A stretch of DNA of 10,874 nt from Candidatus Iainarchaeum sp. GTDB taxonomy: Archaea; Iainarchaeota; Iainarchaeia; Iainarchaeales; 0-14-0-20-30-16. The stretch is taken from the NCBI GenBank assembly GCA_903916665.1, contig CAIWXP010000021.1, positions 1 to 10,874 of the forward strand, written 5' to 3'. A program made the position numbers and the translations under genes. Below, piece by piece: positions 1 through 5,334 of the stretch (position 1 is the first letter of the stretch; each line of letters begins with the position of its first letter). The notes beneath the pieces were generated by a model. It was not told where the DNA came from and made no database searches. It saw only the letters and a list, made by a program, of their open reading frames with translations.

Positions 1-15
1 AAATTAAATAAAGAT

Positions 16-486
16 ATGAATGAAAATAATAAATCTGTTTTGGTATATGGGGACTATGTTTTGAAGTATAAATCAAAATTAGGTTTAGGAGAAACACAGG
101 AAATATCTGTTTATGATGTAAATAATAATATTCAAATAAATAAAACAGTTATTATTGAATATAGCGATAAGAATTGGCAATATAATACGGATGAAAATGG
201 AAAAGTTATTTTTATTCCAATATATGAAGGAACCTATAAATTGGCAGTGCCCTATCCAGAAGAAAGAGTATCTGGAGAATTTAATGTTATAAAAGATTAT
301 GTAAGTAGTAATAGTGATTTTGTTGAAATAGTAAGTAGCGATAAAACAGCTGGGATGAGTTCAACAACAAAAACAACATTGATTGTTTCTGGATCTGTTG
401 TTTTATTATTAGGATTAGGTGTATTATTATACTTTTTGTTAAAACCTAAAATAACTGGGCCCTATGAATTTAAGCCAGTAAATTAA
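16..486 (+). CDS. Putative surface/secreted protein with C-terminal transmembrane anchor (possibly 5'-partial)
   Basis: ORF ends at TAA 484-486. The frame stays open from nt 1 to the ATG at 16 (aaa tta aat aaa gat atg), so the gene may continue upstream of the window. From M16 there is no N-terminal signal peptide. The middle (TDENGKVIFIPIYEGTYKLAV) looks like a small beta-sandwich, carboxypeptidase-regulatory-like repeat. A Ser/Thr-rich linker (SSTTKTT) is followed by a hydrophobic helix LIVSGSVVLLLGLGVLLYFLL (about nt 376-441), then KPK and an 11-aa tail. No recognisable enzyme motif. Confidence 0.5.
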   Translation: MNENNKSVLVYGDYVLKYKSKLGLGETQEISVYDVNNNIQINKTVIIEYSDKNWQYNTDENGKVIFIPIYEGTYKLAVPYPEERVSGEFNVIKDYVSSNSDFVEIVSSDKTAGMSSTTKTTLIVSGSVVLLLGLGVLLYFLLKPKITGPYEFKPVN

Positions 487-1551
487 TTATTTTAATTCTA
501 ATTTTTGTTGTTTGTTTTCACCAAAGGTTGTTACTTTATTTCTGCCGGTTTTTTTAGATTCATACAATGCATCATCGGCCAAAGAAATTAATTTTTCAAC
601 AACTTTTTTATCTATTAATTTTGTTGTTTGATTTAAATGTTTCAAAGTAGATACGCCTAAACTAGCAGTAACTGTTATTTCTAAACCATTTGTTATATAG
701 CAAGTTTTGGAAATTATATTTTCTCTAATTCTTGCAGCAATAATTTGTGCATTTTCTAAAGTAGTATTTGGTAAAACAATAATAAATTCTTCTCCTCCCC
801 AACGAACTGCTAAATCTCTTGCACTATTGGGTCTAGAAGTAGTTCTAACTCTTGTTAATATTCTTTGAGAGATTTGTCTTAATACTAAATCCCCTGCATC
901 ATGACCATAGGTATCATTTATTTTTTTAAAAAAATCAATATCAATCATAATTACAGAAACATTTTCTGGTTTCTTCATTAAAATTTCTTTTAATTCAAAA
1001 TCAAATTCTTTTCTTGTTATTAATGAAGTTAATTTATCAAATCTATTGTACATCATTTGCGAAACACTACTAAATACTGTTCCTAAAAACATCATTGTAT
1101 CTCTAATATTAACAATTCTTCTTTTTGTTTTTTCCAATGTTAAATTAGTTCCACAAAAAGTTATTACTCCGATTCTAATTATATCTCCATCCTGTTGTTC
1201 GATATAAACTGGAATAATAATTTTATTGCCATAGAATTTTGTTTTTAAGTCATCTGTTTTTGCCTTAATATCTCCAATGTGATTTGAGAATATATATTTT
1301 TTTGTATAATCTAAATAAACAAAATCTAAATTCTCCAATGCTAGGTTTTCTTCGGTTAGGTCTTTATTTTTTGTATCTCCCAAAATATTTGATTTAATAA
1401 AACTATCTCCAGATTTGTGGTAAAAGGTAATAGTCTCTGCTTTGGGAAACTCTTTGGCTATTTCTAAAATATACTCAAAAACACTAATGAATTTGGTATT
1501 TTGTAACCGAAGATACTTGTACAACAATAAATATAATTTTTTAAAATTCAT
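487..1551 (-). CDS. GAF-like sensor domain + GGDEF domain diguanylate cyclase (predicted catalytically competent)
   Basis: 354-aa ORF. The C-terminal half carries the full GGDEF signature: IMIDIDFFKKINDTYGHDAGDLVL (metal/guanine-binding D, N and D retained, closely resembling Caulobacter PleD as I recall it), RWGGEEFIIVLP (the GGEEF codons are nt 784-798 on the minus strand, read directly), TASLGVS, and ADDALYESKKTGRNKV. The N-terminal ~165 aa (FEYILEIAKEFPKAETITFYH...IIIPVYIEQQDGDIIRIGVITFCG) looks like a GAF-type small-molecule sensor fold. The allosteric I-site RxxD, expected five residues before GGEEF, reads SARD, so it is non-canonical. The stop abuts the stop of the convergent upstream ORF. 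Confidence 0.9.
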   Translation of the reverse strand: MNFKKLYLLLYKYLRLQNTKFISVFEYILEIAKEFPKAETITFYHKSGDSFIKSNILGDTKNKDLTEENLALENLDFVYLDYTKKYIFSNHIGDIKAKTDDLKTKFYGNKIIIPVYIEQQDGDIIRIGVITFCGTNLTLEKTKRRIVNIRDTMMFLGTVFSSVSQMMYNRFDKLTSLITRKEFDFELKEILMKKPENVSVIMIDIDFFKKINDTYGHDAGDLVLRQISQRILTRVRTTSRPNSARDLAVRWGGEEFIIVLPNTTLENAQIIAARIRENIISKTCYITNGLEITVTASLGVSTLKHLNQTTKLIDKKVVEKLISLADDALYESKKTGRNKVTTFGENKQQKLELK

Positions 1552-1699
1552 GAAATCGCCTTTCAGCTATAAAATATAACTTTAAAATTAGGATTTAATA
1601 TAAGTTATAGGCTTATATTTAAATAATTTGCTATTTTTGGAGGCAACCTTTATATAGGTTTGCTCAGAATAAATATATAATCTAATTTCTATCACACTA
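1552..1699. promoter_or_regulatory. Divergent intergenic region with archaeal TATA-like boxes for rpoH operon (+) and GGDEF gene (-)
   Basis: + strand: TTTATATA at 1649-1656 and TAAATATATA at 1670-1679, placed about 60 and 40 nt upstream of the rpoH start. - strand: TATA-like TTTTATAG (complement of 1567-1574) and AAATATAA (complement of 1613-1620). In DNA this AT-rich, TATA-like strings are frequent, so the exact boxes are uncertain. Confidence 0.3.
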
Positions 1700-1714
1700 T
1701 TGTGGGGGATCTTT

Positions 1715-1948
1715 TTGGCAGTTTTTGATATTACTAAACACTTTTTGGTACCGAAACATCTAATTTTAACAAAAGAAGAGGAAGAAGTACTCTTAAAAAA
1801 ATATAATATAACTAAGGCTGAATTGCCCAAAATTAAGAATAGCGATCCAGCAATAACACAATATAAACCTAAGCAGGGAGATATTGTAAAAATTGATAGA
1901 AGATCTGTTTATGGCGATTCTATAAAATACTATAGAGTTGTGGTATAA
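1715..1948 (+). CDS. rpoH: DNA-directed RNA polymerase subunit H (Rpo5/RpoH)
   Basis: The translation FDITKHFLVPKHLILTKEEEEVLLKKYNITKAELPKIKNSDPAITQYKPKQGDIVKIDRRSVYGDSIKYYRVVV matches the archaeal RpoH / Rpb5 C-terminal domain pattern (HxLVPKH, LPKI, DP, GD(V/I)VKI, YR). It sits in the canonical position directly upstream of rpoB. There is no in-frame ATG or GTG, so the candidate starts are TTG 1700 (track) or TTG 1715. I prefer 1715 because GGGGGA (1704-1709) lies 5 nt upstream and the resulting N-terminus length matches typical RpoH. Confidence 0.85.
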   Translation: MAVFDITKHFLVPKHLILTKEEEEVLLKKYNITKAELPKIKNSDPAITQYKPKQGDIVKIDRRSVYGDSIKYYRVVV

Positions 1949-1964
1949 GTAGGCCTGGGTGGTT

Positions 1965-3431
1965 ATGATGGGACAAGGCTGGGAATTAATTAAAGCTTAT
2001 TATAAAGAAAACAACGCAATTCAACAAAATATAGATTCTTATAATCAATTTATATTTGATAAAGTACCTAAAATTATTCAAGAAAATTCATCTATATTAT
2101 CAAGAGTTGAAGATGTTGAAGTAAGATTAAATAATATACAAATTTTACATCCTCAATTGGTTGAAGAAGATGGATCAAGAAGAACTGATTTTTTTCCAAT
2201 GGAAGCTCGTTTAAGAGATAAAACATACACGGCTCCTTTGTTTGCAGATATTGAATTATACAGAAAAGGTGTTTTGCAAGACACTAAAAGAACAGCAATT
2301 GGTGAATTACCAGTAATGTTAAAATCAAAATTGTGTAATTTGTGTGGATTAAAAGAAGATGACCTAATTAAAGCAGGAGAAGATCCTAAAGATTTAGGTG
2401 GCTATTTTGTTGTAAATGGTGTTGAAAAGGTTTTGGTAAACCAAGAAGTTTTGGCATCAGATAAGATTATGGTTTCAATGGATGGTAATAAAGCAATTTC
2501 AGAAGTGCTTTCTACAAGGGGGGCATTTAAAGGAAAAGTTAAATTAGTTAGAAATCCAAATGGAATTTTAGAAATAAGTTTTCCATCAAGTCCTAAGAAA
2601 TTAAAATTCTTTGTATTATTAAGAGCATTGGGATTCAAAGTAAAAGAAGAATTCATTAATGCATTTGAAAAAATACCAGAAGTACAAAATGATGTTCTAT
2701 TAAACTATTCTAGATTAAGTTTAGAAAGTGAAGAAGAAGCATTGGATCAAATTGGAAAGTATGTTGCTCCTGGTCAAATATTAGCCTATAGATTAAAGAG
2801 AACCTACGAAATTATTGATAACTTTTTATTACCTCATATTGGTCAAAGTGAAGATAAGAGAAACTTGAAAGCCTATTACCTAATTGGAATGGCACAGAGA
2901 GCTATTGAATTGTCCTATGGCATGAGAGAAGAAGATGATAGAGATAGTTATCATAATAAAAGAGTGGAATTATCTGGTAAATTATTGGAAAGAGAATTCA
3001 TGCAAGCTTTCAATTATTTTATTAATGATATTAAATTCCAAATTGATAGAAATATTGTTAGAAGAAGAAGATTAAAGATTAATACAATTATTAGACCCGA
3101 TGTTATTACAGATAGAATAATGTTTGGAATGGCAACAGGAACTTGGGCAGGAAAATTAACCGGTGTAAGTTCATTTTTCACAAGATATAATTTTATGAAT
3201 CCCATTATTGAATCAAGAAAAGTAAAATCTACTTTAGATAGTTCAAGAGAAAATTATGAAGCAAGATCTGTACATGGAACAGCATGGGGAAGAGTTTGTC
3301 CAATTGAAACACCGGATGGACCAAATTGTGGATTGATTAAAAATCTAGCAATAATGGCAAGAGTAACAACAGATTATGAGGGCAATGATTTAGAACCTCT
3401 ATTAAGAAAATTGAATGTTTACGAGAAGTGA
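1965..3431 (+). CDS. rpoB2: DNA-directed RNA polymerase subunit B'' (N-terminal half of split Rpo2)
   Basis: N-terminal RpoB motifs are present: WELIKAYYKENNAIQQNIDSYNQFI, GGYFVVNGVEKVLVNQE, HNKRVELSGKLL, and CPIETPDGPNCGLIKNLA near the C-terminus. It ends at TGA 3429-3431, at the split point typical of archaea with a divided B subunit. The track start GTG 1959 is probably over-extended; ATG 1965 or 1968 follows the GGGTGG SD (1957-1962). Confidence 0.95.
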   Translation: MMGQGWELIKAYYKENNAIQQNIDSYNQFIFDKVPKIIQENSSILSRVEDVEVRLNNIQILHPQLVEEDGSRRTDFFPMEARLRDKTYTAPLFADIELYRKGVLQDTKRTAIGELPVMLKSKLCNLCGLKEDDLIKAGEDPKDLGGYFVVNGVEKVLVNQEVLASDKIMVSMDGNKAISEVLSTRGAFKGKVKLVRNPNGILEISFPSSPKKLKFFVLLRALGFKVKEEFINAFEKIPEVQNDVLLNYSRLSLESEEEALDQIGKYVAPGQILAYRLKRTYEIIDNFLLPHIGQSEDKRNLKAYYLIGMAQRAIELSYGMREEDDRDSYHNKRVELSGKLLEREFMQAFNYFINDIKFQIDRNIVRRRRLKINTIIRPDVITDRIMFGMATGTWAGKLTGVSSFFTRYNFMNPIIESRKVKSTLDSSRENYEARSVHGTAWGRVCPIETPDGPNCGLIKNLAIMARVTTDYEGNDLEPLLRKLNVYEK

Positions 3432-3436
3432 TGTTG

Positions 3437-3511
3437 TTATGGCAAAGTTGATAATTTCATAAAAAATTGAAATTATGCAACATATGCCACAAAACAGGTG
3501 TGAATTTTATG
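3437..3511 (+). promoter_or_regulatory. Leader-like module copy 1 (mini-ORF MAKLIIS + bulged hairpin + SD) in the rpoB2-rpoB1 spacer
   Basis: By hand alignment about two-thirds identical, and collinear, with 9217-9292. This includes the identical 12-mer AGTTGATAATTT (3446-3457). Hairpin: GTTGATAAT (3447-3455) pairs with ATTATgCAAC (3472-3481, g3477 bulged) around a 16-nt A-rich loop. Mini-ORF: ATG 3439 to TAA 3460-3462. SD AGGTGTGA (3496-3503) precedes ATG 3509. Confidence 0.4.
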
Positions 3512-5323
3512 GCAAGCGATAAAGCAAAAATTTATTTAGATGGTAAATTAATTGGATTTCATAATGATCCTCAGAATTTAATTGTTAATTTAAAAGATCA
3601 AAGAAGACATGGTCAATTGGATTCATTAATTAATATTGGTTACAAAGAAGATACTAATGAAGTATATATTAATACTGGAGCAGGAAGATTACAAAGACCT
3701 GTTATAACTTTGAAAGATGGAAAACCAATATTAACTCAAGATCACATAACAAATATTCAAAGTGGAAAAATAAAATTTGATGACCTATTAAAAAAAGGAA
3801 TTGTTGAATACATAGATGCAGATGAAGAAGATAATTTATATATTGGAACAAATGCAGATCATTTGACAAAAGAACATACACACATCGAATTGGAACCTGC
3901 AAGTATTTTTAGTTTTGTTACTTCTTTAACACCATTTGTTCAACACAATTTAGCAACCAAAGCATTGCACGGAGCAAAAATGTGTAAACAAGGAATTGGT
4001 TTTATTGGACCAAATCATCACTTGAGAACAGATACAGAATATTATAATTTATATTATCCACAAAAACAATTAGTAAAAACAAAAATGTCCGATGTTATGG
4101 GCATCGACGATCGTCCTATTATTCAAAATTTTGTTGTTGCAATTATTCCCTATTATGGTTATAATACTCAGGATGCAATTGTAATAAATAAAGGTGCTGT
4201 TCAAAGAGGATTAGGAAGAACTGTTTATTATAGAACCTATACTGAAAGAGAAGTTACCTATCCTGGTGGGCAAAAAGAAATATTTTCTATCCCAACAGAA
4301 ACTACTAAAGGATATTTAGGTGAAGATGCCTATAAAATAATTGGTTTAGATGCATTACCTGAAACAGAAAGTTACGTTGATAGAAATACTGTTTTAATTG
4401 CAAAAATTGCACCTCCTAGATTTATGGATAGTTTACCAGCTCTAGGATTAGTTGAAGATAAATTTGAAGATAAATCATTTTTTATAAAAAAGAATACTGA
4501 AGGATATGTTGATAAAGTATATATTTCAAGTTCAGGAAATGAAAGATTATTAAAAGTAAAAATAAGAACACAAAGAATTCCAGAAAATGGAGATAAATTT
4601 TCTTCAAAGCACGGACAGAAAGGTGTTGTTGGAATGTTGGCAGAAGAATGTGATATGCCCGTTAGTGTTAATGGAATTATTCCAGATTTATTATTAAATC
4701 CAACATCAATTTCATCAAGAATGACAATTGGAGATTTATTGGAAGCATTATCTGGTAAGGCAGCATGTTTAAGAGGAAAAGAAGTGGATGGAACTCCTTT
4801 TTCAAATGAAGAACCGGATGATATTAAAAAGAATTTAATTGATGCAGGATTTAGACCCGATGGCTATGAAACATTCTATGATGGTACAACTGGACAATTA
4901 ATCCAAGGAGAAATTTACGTTGGAGTAATTGCATACAGAAGATTATACCACATGGTAAAAAATAAAATGCAAGCAAGAGCTAGAGGACCAGTACAATTGT
5001 TAACTAGACAACCCACTGAAGGAAAAGAAAAAGAAGGTGGATTGAAGTTTGGTGAAATGGAATCAGATTGTTTGGTTGGCTATGGTGCAGCAATGTTATT
5101 GAATGAAAAATTAGTTGAAGATTCTGATAAAGTTGTTTTGCCTGTTTGTAGTGACTGTGGAATTATTGCTATTGATGATAAAGTACAAGGAAAATTATAT
5201 TGCCCAAGTTGTAATGGCTATTCAGTTATTGAAGTTTCAATGCCCTATTCATTTAAATTATTTTTAGATGAATTAAAATCTATTGCAATATATCCTAAAA
5301 TAAAAATAAAAGATTTGGCTTGA
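3509..5323 (+). CDS. rpoB1: DNA-directed RNA polymerase subunit B' (C-terminal half of split Rpo2)
   Basis: Motifs: GDKFSSKHGQKGVVG, RGPVQLLTRQPTEGKEKEGGLKFGEMESDCLVGYGAA, and a C-terminal zinc ribbon CSDCG...CPSCNG. The N-terminus MASDKAKIYLDGKLIGF matches the usual B' start. ATG 3509 is preceded by SD AGGTGTGA at 3496-3503. The track start TTG 3467 adds 14 unsupported residues. Confidence 0.95.
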   Translation: MASDKAKIYLDGKLIGFHNDPQNLIVNLKDQRRHGQLDSLINIGYKEDTNEVYINTGAGRLQRPVITLKDGKPILTQDHITNIQSGKIKFDDLLKKGIVEYIDADEEDNLYIGTNADHLTKEHTHIELEPASIFSFVTSLTPFVQHNLATKALHGAKMCKQGIGFIGPNHHLRTDTEYYNLYYPQKQLVKTKMSDVMGIDDRPIIQNFVVAIIPYYGYNTQDAIVINKGAVQRGLGRTVYYRTYTEREVTYPGGQKEIFSIPTETTKGYLGEDAYKIIGLDALPETESYVDRNTVLIAKIAPPRFMDSLPALGLVEDKFEDKSFFIKKNTEGYVDKVYISSSGNERLLKVKIRTQRIPENGDKFSSKHGQKGVVGMLAEECDMPVSVNGIIPDLLLNPTSISSRMTIGDLLEALSGKAACLRGKEVDGTPFSNEEPDDIKKNLIDAGFRPDGYETFYDGTTGQLIQGEIYVGVIAYRRLYHMVKNKMQARARGPVQLLTRQPTEGKEKEGGLKFGEMESDCLVGYGAAMLLNEKLVEDSDKVVLPVCSDCGIIAIDDKVQGKLYCPSCNGYSVIEVSMPYSFKLFLDELKSIAIYPKIKIKDLA

Positions 5324-5334
5324 GTGGTGGGATA

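Noticed and set aside
376-486. Archaeosortase-type sorting signal (PGF-CTERM-like) at the C-terminus of the first ORF
   Set aside because: There is no PGF/PEF-like tripeptide at the start of the helix, and 11 residues follow the basic cluster, whereas sorting signals normally end right after it. I treat it as a plain C-terminal TM anchor.
742-816. Allosteric I-site (RxxD) in the GGDEF protein
   Set aside because: The four residues at the expected position, five residues upstream of GGEEF, are SARD, so the canonical Arg is missing. I do not claim product inhibition.
1608-1626. Short palindrome TATAAG-ttatagg-CTTATA in the divergent intergenic region
   Set aside because: A 6-bp A/T-rich stem is expected by chance at this base composition, and there is no supporting context.
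1588-1830. 80-aa minus-strand ORF spanning the divergent intergenic region and the 5' end of rpoH
   Set aside because: It overlaps the well-supported rpoH coding sequence and its promoter region. The composition is low-complexity and AT-driven (runs of S/K/I/F), with no recognisable motif.
3446-3457. Possible box C/D sRNA or kink-turn (L7Ae/L30e-type) motif in the repeated element (TTGATAA resembles C box RUGAUGA)
   Set aside because: There is one mismatch in the C-box core, no matching D box (CUGA) at an appropriate distance in either copy, and no tandem sheared G-A arrangement that I could build.
3467-3508. N-terminal extension of B' from TTG 3467 (MKLCNICHKTGVNF), whose KLCN(I/L)C resembles KLCNLCG in B'' (nt 2328-2345)
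   Set aside because: The strong SD AGGTGTGA sits inside this extension, immediately before ATG 3509, and MASDKAKIYLDGKLIG matches the usual B' N-terminus. The 6-residue resemblance is short and most likely coincidental.
5320-5334. TTG 5320 (rpoA1) and GTG 1959 (rpoB2) starts from the ORF track
   Set aside because: The downstream ATGs (5335; 1965/1968) have better SD spacing and give N-termini matching conserved RpoA1/RpoB starts. The track simply reports the longest ORF.
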